A DNA stretch of 64,000 nucleotides from an uncultured Micavibrio sp. (GCA_964353185.1 CAYGUV010000001.1:128620-192619); one strand, 5' to 3'. Shown: positions 46,541 to 55,359, counted from the first letter of the stretch. The notes: generated by a model from the letters alone, not told the origin. Program-made: numbers and translations.

Positions 46541-46972
46541 ATGAACAAAAGCAAACACAAAAACCAACATGATAAACAGACTGTGCCATTTGGAGATGCT
46601 ACAGAGGCTTGGTTCTGGTTTATTAAAGCACAAGAAGCACGAAATGATGGTGCGCGATATACCGCTGGAATGTCTCTTTTACCTCGTCCTTGTGAGCCTT
46701 CTGATTTTTTAAAGATTTTAGATCGTCTATATAGAAATAGAATTTTACTAAGAGATCATTTCTTAGTTCTAAGACACTATGGGCGTCGGCAGCTTGCTCC
46801 TGACAATAGGCGTGTGAAAGAATCTATTGCCTTTAAATTATGGAACGAAGCCTTTGAAAAAATTGAGCCAATATTAATCAAGAAAAATATCGTTCAAAAA
46901 AAAAGCGCCACCATTTTTTATCCGGCTGAATTTAAAAATAATGAAAATTATAAAAATGAAGCTTTCAGATAA
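46541..46972 (+). CDS. hypothetical protein, first gene of the phage-like operon (possible DNA-binding regulator or small-terminase candidate)
   Basis: ATG at 46541 preceded by a purine-rich AAGAAAGAG. Basic protein. No family confidently recognised. Confidence 0.5.
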   Translation: MNKSKHKNQHDKQTVPFGDATEAWFWFIKAQEARNDGARYTAGMSLLPRPCEPSDFLKILDRLYRNRILLRDHFLVLRHYGRRQLAPDNRRVKESIAFKLWNEAFEKIEPILIKKNIVQKKSATIFYPAEFKNNENYKNEAFR

Positions 46973-47379
46973 TGGAAAGAAAAAATAGAAGATTGTGGGT
47001 CGCCTTTACAGGGAAGACAGATATTTGGTATCTAAAATTTTTGAACAAAGAATTTAGGCATTGTTTTATCATTCTGGATGATGTGAATCATTGGATAACA
47101 ATTGATCCGCTATCTTCATCAACGGAGATAGAGGTGATTAATAAAAAAGACTATTCCCAAGATTTACCCTCATGGTTTCAGGAAATAGGATTTAAGCTAG
47201 TCGAAACAAAATTTTACATTCCATCAGCCAAATCACTTCCTCTTAGATTATTAAATTGTGTGGAGATAGCTAAAAATATTATAGGCATTCAAAATTTTTT
47301 TATTCTAACACCATACCAACTTTTCAAATTTTTAAATCAAAACAAAAGAAAGGAAATAGAACATGGGAAGTTTATTTAG
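46972..47379 (+). CDS. hypothetical protein (His...Cys pattern FRHCFII / NCVEIAKNIIGI)
   Basis: TAATG-type coupling to the upstream gene. No confident family. Confidence 0.5.
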   Translation: MERKNRRLWVAFTGKTDIWYLKFLNKEFRHCFIILDDVNHWITIDPLSSSTEIEVINKKDYSQDLPSWFQEIGFKLVETKFYIPSAKSLPLRLLNCVEIAKNIIGIQNFFILTPYQLFKFLNQNKRKEIEHGKFI

Positions 47380-47611
47380 TAGCCCTAAAAGACCAAATAT
47401 AAGACCAATAGTTAATTCTTCAACGCAGAATAAAGATATTGAGGTAAATCCCGCCACAGCTGTTATTGAAAGTGGAAACGTGAATAAAATACGCGAGAAT
47501 AATTTATTAAAACGATCAAGAGGAACCACAGGAACAATTTTAACGGGTTTTAACGGTATTTTAGGTGACCAACCAGAGGGCATTCCTCAAAAAAAACTAT
47601 TAGGAGAATAA
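47363..47611 (+). CDS. small phage protein with RSRGTTGTILTG motif
   Basis: N-terminal MGSLFSSPK and a basic R.RG..(S/T)TILTG motif recur in small podovirus proteins, as far as I recall. Function unknown. Confidence 0.5.
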   Translation: MGSLFSSPKRPNIRPIVNSSTQNKDIEVNPATAVIESGNVNKIRENNLLKRSRGTTGTILTGFNGILGDQPEGIPQKKLLGE

Positions 47612-47612
47612 A

Positions 47613-49142
47613 TTGGATAAACAAGAAATAAAAAATATTAATGATCCTGTACATTTAGGTGCAATATTAGACCGATATGAAAGAGCCATTAATAAAAGAA
47701 AGCCATGGGAAGCTATTGTTCAGGAGTGTTACACTTATACGTATCCACAAAGATCTTCTTCCTCTTTGTTTGGATATAAATCAGGAAATATTAAAACAGA
47801 CTTATACGATGCAACTGCAACAGATGCGGTTGATCAATTAGCGGCAAGTTTATTAGGAAATCTTACGCCCGCTTGGACACAGTGGTTTGGATTTAAAGCT
47901 GGGCCAGAGCTATCAAAAGCGGAATCTGAAAAAATCACACCTTTACTTGAAAATATAGCAAAAAAAATTCAATCGCACTTTGACAGATCAAATTTTAGCG
48001 TTGAAATACATCAATGTTTTTTAGATTTGATTATTGGAGGAACTGCTACATTATATGTTGAAGAAACTTTACCTGGCGCATTATCTTCCTTAAAATTTTC
48101 TGCAATTCCAATACAAGAAGTTGCGTTGGAAGAGGATGGTAATGGGTTTTTAAAAGGGTCTTTTCGTCATTTAAACTTAACATTATCACAAATTAAATCA
48201 CGATATAAAGGTGTAGAGTTACCATTAAATCTAACTAAGTCTGGGGGTTGCGAAGTATCAAAAACCTTTAAAATTCTTGAAACGGTAATTCCTCAAGATA
48301 ACGTTTATGAATTTTATGCTATTTTAATAGAAGAATCGAACCCACTCTTACTCTCAACAGGATATTTTGATCAGTCACCTGCTATTTCATTTCGATGGAT
48401 GAAATCGCCCGGGGAAATATATGGTCGTTCCCCAGTAATGAAGGCGTTACCAGATATTAAAACAGCTAATAAGGTTGTAGAACTCATCTTAAAAAACGCT
48501 TCTATTGCGGTTACAGGTATTTGGCAAGCTGATGATGATGGTGTGCTCAACCCAGCAAATATTGAGCTTGTCCCTGGAGCTATTATTCCTAAAGCGGTCG
48601 GTTCTCAAGGGTTGCGGGCGTTAGACATGCCTGGGCGGTTTGATGTGTCGGAATTGATATTGAAAGATTTGCGTCAAAAAATACGTGATTCTTTACTTTC
48701 TGACAAATTGGTGAATGTTATTGATAAGCGTATGACTGCAACAGAAGTATTAGAGCGATCGTCACAGATGGCTTTATTATTAGGGGCAACATATGGACGC
48801 TTACAATCTGAATTATTAACACCTCTTATTCTACGCGCTTTTAATATATTAAAACGACGTGGTGAAATTCCTGATATTGATTTGGATGGCCGAACTGTTG
48901 TTATAGATTATCGTTCACCATTGGCCAAAGCCCAATCACAAAAGGATATTCAAAATATATTTTTGTGGCTTGATAGTGTTAAGTCTATTGGGGGATCAGC
49001 ATCTCAATTTGTTGATGTTGAAAAAACAGTTGAATATATTGCGGATACTCTGGGCGTTCCCAAAGATTTGGTTGCTAAAAATAATACTTCTTTAGAATAT
49101 CTGGTATCAAGCTTACCTAATCTGGAGGTTAATAATGCTTAA
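47613..49142 (+). CDS. phage portal protein (T7 gp8-type head-to-tail connector family)
   Basis: 509 aa. KPWEAIVQECYTYTYPQR and LYDATATDAVDQLAASLLGNLTPAWTQWF resemble the head-tail connector family. TTG start with AGGAGA 5 nt upstream. Confidence 0.8.
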   Translation: MDKQEIKNINDPVHLGAILDRYERAINKRKPWEAIVQECYTYTYPQRSSSSLFGYKSGNIKTDLYDATATDAVDQLAASLLGNLTPAWTQWFGFKAGPELSKAESEKITPLLENIAKKIQSHFDRSNFSVEIHQCFLDLIIGGTATLYVEETLPGALSSLKFSAIPIQEVALEEDGNGFLKGSFRHLNLTLSQIKSRYKGVELPLNLTKSGGCEVSKTFKILETVIPQDNVYEFYAILIEESNPLLLSTGYFDQSPAISFRWMKSPGEIYGRSPVMKALPDIKTANKVVELILKNASIAVTGIWQADDDGVLNPANIELVPGAIIPKAVGSQGLRALDMPGRFDVSELILKDLRQKIRDSLLSDKLVNVIDKRMTATEVLERSSQMALLLGATYGRLQSELLTPLILRAFNILKRRGEIPDIDLDGRTVVIDYRSPLAKAQSQKDIQNIFLWLDSVKSIGGSASQFVDVEKTVEYIADTLGVPKDLVAKNNTSLEYLVSSLPNLEVNNA

Positions 49143-49410
49143 TTTTCTTAGAAAATCACCTATTGATGCTGTCAATAACTATTCAGAAAATATTGAAAAT
49201 GCACGTTATTTTTCGAAAGCTGATAGAAGTGATATTGAAAAAATATTAAAGCGCGTTTTCCTCACTGAAGATGGGAAAAAAGCATTAGCATACTTACAGT
49301 TTTTAAGTACCTATAAAACACTTAATTATAACGCCAGTAAACAACATCTTTATTACAATGAAGGGCAGCGCGCCTTTGTAGCAAACATAATAAAAATCAT
49401 TTCAACCTAA
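49135..49410 (+). CDS. small phage protein, Bbp19-like pattern
   Basis: VFLTEDGKKALAYL ... NEGQRAFVANIIKII resembles the Bbp19-type small proteins of BPP-1-like podoviruses (from memory). 8-nt overlap with the portal gene. Confidence 0.45.
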   Translation: MLNFLRKSPIDAVNNYSENIENARYFSKADRSDIEKILKRVFLTEDGKKALAYLQFLSTYKTLNYNASKQHLYYNEGQRAFVANIIKIIST

Positions 49411-49440
49411 ATATACATCATTTTAAAAGGAGAAAATATA

Positions 49441-50079
49441 ATGAATGATACATTACTTGATGATGAAATTCCTGAAAAATTCAAAAATAAAGAAACAGGA
49501 GAAGTAAATTTAAATGCAATGGTAAAGTCTTACAAAGAATTAGAAAGTAAGATGTCAAAAAGCCCCGCTTTGCCTGAAACCGCAGAAGAATATTGCGTGG
49601 ATTGCGAACATGGTTTATTTCAAGATGATAAAGAGCTTAACCAAAAAATGTTTGAAAAGGGGTTTAGTCAAGATCAGGTTCAGTTTGTTTACGACATAGC
49701 TGCTGAAAAATTGGTTCCTTTAGCGGTAGAAATTGCTGGTAATTTCCAAGCAGATCGTGAGATTGAAAAATTAGTAGAGCATTTTGGTGGAGTAGAGAAA
49801 TGGAAAGAAATTTCTAAACAGCTTTTGATCTATGGACAAAAAAATCTTTCAAACAATGTGCTTGATACACTGACTAGCTCATATGATGGGGTCATTGCAC
49901 TTTATAACATGATGAAAGGGAATGAACCTATGATTAGTTCTGGAGAAGGTAATCTTGTAGGAGGGTCCGAGAGAGAAGTGCAATCAATGATGCGTGACCC
50001 TAAATATTGGCGTGATAAAGACCCATCTTTTATTGCAGAAGTAACTCAAAAATTTGAAAGCCTTTACGGTAATAAGTAA
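49441..50079 (+). CDS. putative capsid scaffolding protein
   Basis: Acidic, helical 212-aa protein between portal and capsid genes. PEKFKNKETGEVNLNAMVKSYKELESK N-terminus is typical of podovirus scaffolds. Strong AAAGGAGA SD. Confidence 0.55.
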   Translation: MNDTLLDDEIPEKFKNKETGEVNLNAMVKSYKELESKMSKSPALPETAEEYCVDCEHGLFQDDKELNQKMFEKGFSQDQVQFVYDIAAEKLVPLAVEIAGNFQADREIEKLVEHFGGVEKWKEISKQLLIYGQKNLSNNVLDTLTSSYDGVIALYNMMKGNEPMISSGEGNLVGGSEREVQSMMRDPKYWRDKDPSFIAEVTQKFESLYGNK

Positions 50080-50101
50080 AGCTATTTAAATATTATAAAA
50101 T

Positions 50102-50126
50102 AAAGGCCCTTGAAAGAGGGCCTTTT
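50102..50126. terminator. bidirectional hairpin terminator between the scaffold gene and the PilZ gene
   Basis: Perfect 9-bp stem AAAGGCCCT/AGGGCCTTT with a 6-nt loop. T-rich on both flanks when read on either strand. Confidence 0.8.
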
Positions 50127-50147
50127 ATTAATCAACAATTTAATTAC

Positions 50148-50531
50148 TTATCTTTGGGAATTTGCAAATTCCTGAGCCATGAAATCATCCAATACATGTT
50201 GGAATTGTTTATCAACTTGCTGTGTCAACGGTGCAAATTGTAGGGCGAACTTGCCATTTCCCTTGCGCAACACGCGTCCGTTGTGTGATACGTTCATGAT
50301 CTTATCAGCCACTTTAAACTTAATTGTTATTTCTTTAACTTCGTTGATGCCAAAGGCACGATCATCACCATGTAATAAGATACCGCCCTGGCTCCAATTT
50401 TCTACTGGATAAGACATGCTGTCGATAATGGCTATGCAACTATCAATTTCGCGGCGCTCATGCGAGCGACGTGAATCAATGTCGTCATTACTGGCTGATA
50501 TTTTTAAGCCTTCTAAAATGTCAGTAATCAT
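50148..50531 (-). CDS. stand-alone PilZ-domain protein (predicted c-di-GMP receptor)
   Basis: RRSHERR (RxxxR) followed by NWSQGG (D/N-x-S-x-x-G). 127 aa. AAGGGAGA SD. Opposite strand to the phage operons. Confidence 0.7.
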   Translation of the reverse strand: MITDILEGLKISASNDDIDSRRSHERREIDSCIAIIDSMSYPVENWSQGGILLHGDDRAFGINEVKEITIKFKVADKIMNVSHNGRVLRKGNGKFALQFAPLTQQVDKQFQHVLDDFMAQEFANSQR

Positions 50532-50602
50532 AGTTCTCCCTTTGTTAAAACCACTTTATATACATAAAAACTAAAATAAAAGAAAAAATTTAATTTTATC
50601 CC

Positions 50603-50632
50603 TTGACAATATAGGAATATATTCATATATTG
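50603..50632 (+). promoter_or_regulatory. candidate capsid-operon promoter overlapped by a 26-bp near-perfect palindrome (operator candidate)
   Basis: TTGACA (50603-50608), 17 nt spacer, TATATT (50626-50631). CAATATAGGAATATATTCATATATTG (50607-50632) is symmetric at 12 of 13 pairs. Confidence 0.55.
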
Positions 50633-50813
50633 TTTTTATCAACGCCACAAAAGTATATTTTTTACTTAAATAAGCGTTTTTTCCCGATATTAAAATCAGA
50701 GAACTATTTTGCCTGATTCTCAAAAAGCCATAAATAGCGGCTAGCTATTCTATGAAAACTTTACCTATGCGGGATTTATTTTCAAAACAACATATATTCA
50801 AGGAGAATAAATT

Positions 50814-51644
50814 ATGCCAACTATTGATCAGGCTTTTATTAAACAGTTTGAACGTGAGGTCCATGAAGCTTTTCAACGTCAAGGTTCAAAATTACGCAAC
50901 ACAGTAAGAACAATCAACAATGTTAAGGGATCATCTGCCGTTTTCCAAAAAGTTGGAAAAGGGACTGCGTCTACGAAAGAGCAACATGGAATGGTTCCTG
51001 TGATGAATTTAGACCATTCAAATGTTGAATGTGTTTTACAAGATTTTTACGCTGGTGATTGGATTGATCACTTAGATACTTTAAAAACAAATATTGATGA
51101 GCGTCAGGTCATTGCAAATGCAGGTGCAAATGCATTGGGACGTAAAAGTGATGAAATGATTATTACCGCTTTAGAAGGTGCAACAGAAAATGTAATTAAT
51201 GACGGTAATGTAGGTCTTACGAAAGATAAAATTTTAGAAGCGTTTGAAACATTTGGTTCTAGTGATGTGCCTGATGATGGGCAGCGTTTTGGTGTAGTCG
51301 GTTGGAAACAATGGAGCGATCTTTTACAAATTGAAGAATTCATTAATTCTGATTATATTGGACAAACAGATCTACCATATTCAGGAATCACGCAAGCGAA
51401 GATGTGGCTAGGAACGGTCTGGGTACCCCATTCTGGATTGCCTCTTGATGTTAATGATATTCGTTCTTGTTATTTCTATCACAAAACTGCGGTAGGGCAC
51501 GCAGTGGGTAATGATATTGAAACTGATATTAGCTGGCATGGTGATCGTGCTGCTCATTTTGTCAATAATATGATGAGTCAAGGGTCTGTCCTTATCGATG
51601 AAGCAGGCGTTATTAAAATTGGATGTGATGAAACGCCTGATTAA
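50814..51644 (+). CDS. phage major capsid protein
   Basis: 276 aa directly after the scaffold module, with the strongest SD (AAGGAGA). The N-terminal IKQFEREVHEAFQRQGSKLRNTVR pattern resembles capsid proteins of small podoviruses. Confidence 0.7.
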   Translation: MPTIDQAFIKQFEREVHEAFQRQGSKLRNTVRTINNVKGSSAVFQKVGKGTASTKEQHGMVPVMNLDHSNVECVLQDFYAGDWIDHLDTLKTNIDERQVIANAGANALGRKSDEMIITALEGATENVINDGNVGLTKDKILEAFETFGSSDVPDDGQRFGVVGWKQWSDLLQIEEFINSDYIGQTDLPYSGITQAKMWLGTVWVPHSGLPLDVNDIRSCYFYHKTAVGHAVGNDIETDISWHGDRAAHFVNNMMSQGSVLIDEAGVIKIGCDETPD

Positions 51645-51903
51645 AACACCTTCGTTCAACTATAAACACAATTAATAATCATATTACGAGTATTTTAAAA
51701 TATGAATAATGTGGTTTTACTGAATGTAGATATAGATAAATTTTCTGTTACTATTGAACAGATACTTCACATGATGCCGTTATGCTTATTCCTTAAAAAA
51801 TGTAGAATATTGCATAGCTATAAAGCTTGAGCCTGAATTTATTTCTTTTGCTCGCTTTGTCCTTCCTTCGTTTGGCATCATTTTATTTATATCTCATCCC
51901 TGA

Positions 51904-51945
51904 TGGCTCTCCTTTTTTATAAAAGGGGGGCCATTAATTTTTTTT
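51904..51945 (+). terminator. strong rho-independent terminator downstream of the capsid gene
   Basis: 13-bp stem TGGCTCTCCTTTT/AAAAGGGGGGCCA (two G-U pairs), TTAT loop, then TTAATTTTTTTT. Confidence 0.8.
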
Positions 51946-51960
51946 AAAGGAATATATACA

Positions 51961-52530
51961 ATGGCTTTAACAAATATTGAAATTTGTGCGCGCGCACTCA
52001 TCCGTTTGGGCGCAAATCCTATAGCAGAATTTAACGATGGATCATCAGAGTCAGAGATAGCATATGCTTTATATGGTTCAACAAAAAATGCATTGCTTTC
52101 TTCTTATCCGTGGTCTTTTGCAACACGGCAAATAACTTTATTGCCATCTAACGCAAATCCTATTGCAGACTATTCTTATGCGTATGATTTACCCACTGAT
52201 ATATTAAGGGCTGTTTCATGCGGATCAGGTAGACGTGGACGTGGTGTAGAGTTTAAAATATTAAACGGGAAGCTACATACAAATTACAAAGACATTATTT
52301 TTACCTATATTGCAGAAATAGATGAAGAATATTTTCCTCCATTCTTCTCTTCTGCACTTATTACTAAACTGGCTTCTGAATTTAGTATTCCTATTACAGA
52401 AAGTACGTCACGGACTGAAATGCTTTATAATTTAGCAGAAAAAGAAGTTGAAAAAGCACGTCTTATAGATGCGCAACAAGATACCCCAAATCGTATTGAA
52501 AATTTTACCCTTATTGATGTGAGGTCATAA
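51961..52530 (+). CDS. putative tail tubular protein A / adaptor (T7 gp11-like position and size)
   Basis: 189 aa. The N-terminal LTNIEICARALIRLGANPIAEFNDGS pattern resembles podovirus gp11-like proteins. Sits after the capsid gene. Confidence 0.5.
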   Translation: MALTNIEICARALIRLGANPIAEFNDGSSESEIAYALYGSTKNALLSSYPWSFATRQITLLPSNANPIADYSYAYDLPTDILRAVSCGSGRRGRGVEFKILNGKLHTNYKDIIFTYIAEIDEEYFPPFFSSALITKLASEFSIPITESTSRTEMLYNLAEKEVEKARLIDAQQDTPNRIENFTLIDVRS

Positions 52531-52531
52531 C

Positions 52532-54430
52532 ATGACAAGAATTCGACAAGTTGAAAGTAATTTTACTGCGGGTGAAGTATCAAGTGATTTGATGGGAAGA
52601 GGTGATTTAGTCGCTTATGCCAATGGAGCTGAAAAAATACGTAACATGTTCATACACCCGACAGGGGGTTTAACAAGACGTGCAGGATTAGAGTATATTG
52701 ATACAGCATCAGGAGACGGACGATTAATCCCATTTGAATTTAATGCTGAACAAACATACTTATTAGTTGTTACGAGTGAAAAAATTGATATTTATTATAA
52801 TGATGTAAAGATTGATACTTTGCTAACGCCTTGGCTAGAGGACGATATAAAACAGCTTGCGTGGACACAAAGCGCGGATACTTTACTTTTAACCCATCCT
52901 GATTACCCGCCTAAAAAGCTGTTAAGAAATAATGGTAATTTATTTGCTTTGGAAGATTGGGTATTTCATGAAGAAAAATTTACTATTTTTCAACCATATT
53001 ATAAATTTGCCAATAGTGATGTAACAGTAACCCCAGATGATTTAAAAGGGACGCTTACTTTGACAGCATCTGCTGATGTATTTACCCCTGATCATGTTGG
53101 TATACGCCTTCAAATTAGTGGTGAACAGGGTGATATTGTTAGTTTTATTTCACCTACACAAGTTATGTTAGAGATGATACGTGATTTACCTTCATTGGAT
53201 GCGACTATTGATTGGCAAGAACAGGTATTCTCTCCCTTGAGAGGTTATCCCACTACTGTTGCGTTTCACCAAGACAGATTAGTTATAGGAGGGTCGCGTG
53301 ATTTACCAAATAGATTATGGCTATCAAAATCAGGAGACCTATTTAATTTTTATTTGGGAACTGGGTTAGACGACGAAGCAATAGAATTTGCAATATTATC
53401 TGACCAAGTTAATGCGATAAGAGGCATTTTTTCTGGACGTCATTTACAAATTTTTACAAGTGGTGCTGAATGGATGGTTACAGGAAGCCCACTTACACCT
53501 ACAACGGTTCAACTAAACCGTCAAACACGTGTTGGATCCGTAATAGATAGATATGTGCCGCCTGTATCTGTTGATGGTGCAACGGTCTTTATTGGGCGTA
53601 ACGGTCAAGAAATTAGGGAATTTTTATATACAGATATTGAACAAGCATATACAGCGGTTGATTTGGCTTTAGTATCACGTCATATCCCTGTTAATGTAAT
53701 TGATCAAGATTACGATGCAAAAAGAAGATTGGTTTTTGTTGTTCGCGATGATGGGAAATTTGCCACTATGACATTCTATCGTGCTGAACAAGTAAGGGCT
53801 TGGACGCTTCATGATACCAATGGTTCAGTCCTAGCCGTTACTGTTACAGGAGATGATGTTTATTTACTAATCCGAAGAGATGATAAAATTTTTATCGAAA
53901 AATTTAATCAAGATATTGGTCTAGATTCCGCTCTAACTTGGGAAAAGGAAACGGCCCAATTAAACTGGTCTGGACTTGATCATTTGGAGGGGCAAACTAT
54001 TTCTGTAGTAGCTGATGGTATAGCCTTGATAGATCAATATCCTGTGACAAATGGACAAATTACATTATCGATGCCTGCTCAAGAAATTATTGCAGGGCTA
54101 AAATTCACGAGTGAGCTTACCCCTTTGCCGCCACCTTTAAATGAACGCTTGGCAAATAGAAAAATTAGGCTTATTGAAGGATTGTTTCGATTGCAAGATT
54201 CCCAAATATTGCAATTAGATGTGGGACAAGGCTTGCGCAATATTTCGTTATCAAAATGCGGCCAAATTACAACTTCAAATGAAGCATTGGATAAAGTTTC
54301 TGGCGATGTAAAAGTGCGCGCTTTAGGATGGCAAAATAACTGCCAAAAACCTTTATGGCATATTAAACAAGATGAGCCTTACCAATTTACACTTTTGGCT
54401 GTCAGCCTAGAGCTTAAAATAAATGATTAA
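52532..54430 (+). CDS. putative tail tubular protein B / nozzle (T7 gp12-like position)
   Basis: 632 aa. The N-terminal SNFTAGEVSSDLMGRGDLVAYANGAEKIRNMFIHPTGGLTRRAG pattern resembles podovirus nozzle proteins. Translationally coupled to the previous gene. Confidence 0.5.
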   Translation: MTRIRQVESNFTAGEVSSDLMGRGDLVAYANGAEKIRNMFIHPTGGLTRRAGLEYIDTASGDGRLIPFEFNAEQTYLLVVTSEKIDIYYNDVKIDTLLTPWLEDDIKQLAWTQSADTLLLTHPDYPPKKLLRNNGNLFALEDWVFHEEKFTIFQPYYKFANSDVTVTPDDLKGTLTLTASADVFTPDHVGIRLQISGEQGDIVSFISPTQVMLEMIRDLPSLDATIDWQEQVFSPLRGYPTTVAFHQDRLVIGGSRDLPNRLWLSKSGDLFNFYLGTGLDDEAIEFAILSDQVNAIRGIFSGRHLQIFTSGAEWMVTGSPLTPTTVQLNRQTRVGSVIDRYVPPVSVDGATVFIGRNGQEIREFLYTDIEQAYTAVDLALVSRHIPVNVIDQDYDAKRRLVFVVRDDGKFATMTFYRAEQVRAWTLHDTNGSVLAVTVTGDDVYLLIRRDDKIFIEKFNQDIGLDSALTWEKETAQLNWSGLDHLEGQTISVVADGIALIDQYPVTNGQITLSMPAQEIIAGLKFTSELTPLPPPLNERLANRKIRLIEGLFRLQDSQILQLDVGQGLRNISLSKCGQITTSNEALDKVSGDVKVRALGWQNNCQKPLWHIKQDEPYQFTLLAVSLELKIND

Positions 54431-54447
54431 CAAATAGGAGACTTATA

Positions 54448-54951
54448 ATGGGCAATATAGCACCCGTTGCATTACAAGCTGTACAAGCTTTTCAAACGAT
54501 ATCATCCGTAGCGCAAGTTTTTGATGACAGTAATAATGAATTATCAATACAGCAACTAAAGCAGCAGCAAGCATTACAGCAACAACAAGCCACGCAAGAT
54601 GCACAATTAGCGCGTGAAGAAATAGCGTTAAAATCCGCAGATGCGGAACGTTTAAGAAAATCTGCCTTAAAGCGTGCCGTTGCAAGCCGCCGTGCAGAAT
54701 TTGGAGCGAGCGGCGTGCGAAGCGGAGCAGGATCTTCACAAGCTATACTATTAGGGCTGTTTGATGAGTCTGAAGAAGAAAAGAAGCAACGAGAATTTCT
54801 AGATAATTTAAAATTAAAAAGTCTAGATCAAAATATAACACAGTTAAGCGCTATAAATACCTTAACCAAAACACAATTAGAACAAAGACAAAATTTGAAA
54901 AGAACATCTGATCTTCTAAGTAGTACAGATGATCTATTAAGCCTCCTGTAA
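54448..54951 (+). CDS. hypothetical Gln-rich coiled-coil phage protein (possible internal virion protein)
   Basis: 167 aa with QQLKQQQALQQQQATQ and RRAEFGASGVRSGAGSSQAILLGL segments. No confident family. Confidence 0.5.
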   Translation: MGNIAPVALQAVQAFQTISSVAQVFDDSNNELSIQQLKQQQALQQQQATQDAQLAREEIALKSADAERLRKSALKRAVASRRAEFGASGVRSGAGSSQAILLGLFDESEEEKKQREFLDNLKLKSLDQNITQLSAINTLTKTQLEQRQNLKRTSDLLSSTDDLLSLL

Positions 54952-54953
54952 AA

Positions 54954-55253
54954 TTAATTACTTTTTAAAAGATCCTGTAATACTTTTTCGGAAGTTTTAC
55001 CTTTAGGTGACATATTGTTATGAAGATCATTTGTATGTGTTTCTTTATAAATTTTTATACGATCTTCATTGGGTGTTTTTGTAACTTGAAAAGGGTTCTT
55101 TTGGGTATCCTTTTGGTTCCATGTTTCTTTGGGATCTTGTCTTTCTTTTTTTAGCTTATCCATATTATTTTCAAATTTTTTATACGTTTCATCTGCCAAA
55201 GCGATGGGCGTGAAAAGCATATTGATTAATGCAAAGAGTAAGGTTTTTTTCAT
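54954..55253 (-). CDS. small secreted Lys-rich protein (opposite-strand insert)
   Basis: Signal peptide MKKTLLFALINMLFTPIALA-DE. Start placed at the ATG at 55253 rather than the upstream GTG at 55292. Confidence 0.5.
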   Translation of the reverse strand: MKKTLLFALINMLFTPIALADETYKKFENNMDKLKKERQDPKETWNQKDTQKNPFQVTKTPNEDRIKIYKETHTNDLHNNMSPKGKTSEKVLQDLLKSN

Positions 55254-55359
55254 TTTTTTATAAAATAGAAAAACGTAAGCAGTGTCAAACACCTATTGAT
55301 ATACCGCCGTATGGAAAATCCCATATTTAACAAATCATTAAGAATATTAGAGAACAATC

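Noticed and set aside
46170-46589. 139-aa minus-strand ORF overlapping the repressor 5' end and the divergent promoter region
   Set aside because: It is an alternative frame of the S24 repressor gene, runs through the promoter/operator region and has no recognisable motifs.
51600-51960. Possible T7-style programmed frameshift extending the capsid protein (10A/10B)
   Set aside because: None of the plus-strand frames downstream of the capsid stop has an open frame of useful length.
54443-54739. 98-aa antisense ORF opposite the Gln-rich phage gene
   Set aside because: It is low-complexity Leu/His/Ala-rich translation, mirrors the CAG/GC-rich sense strand and has no SD.
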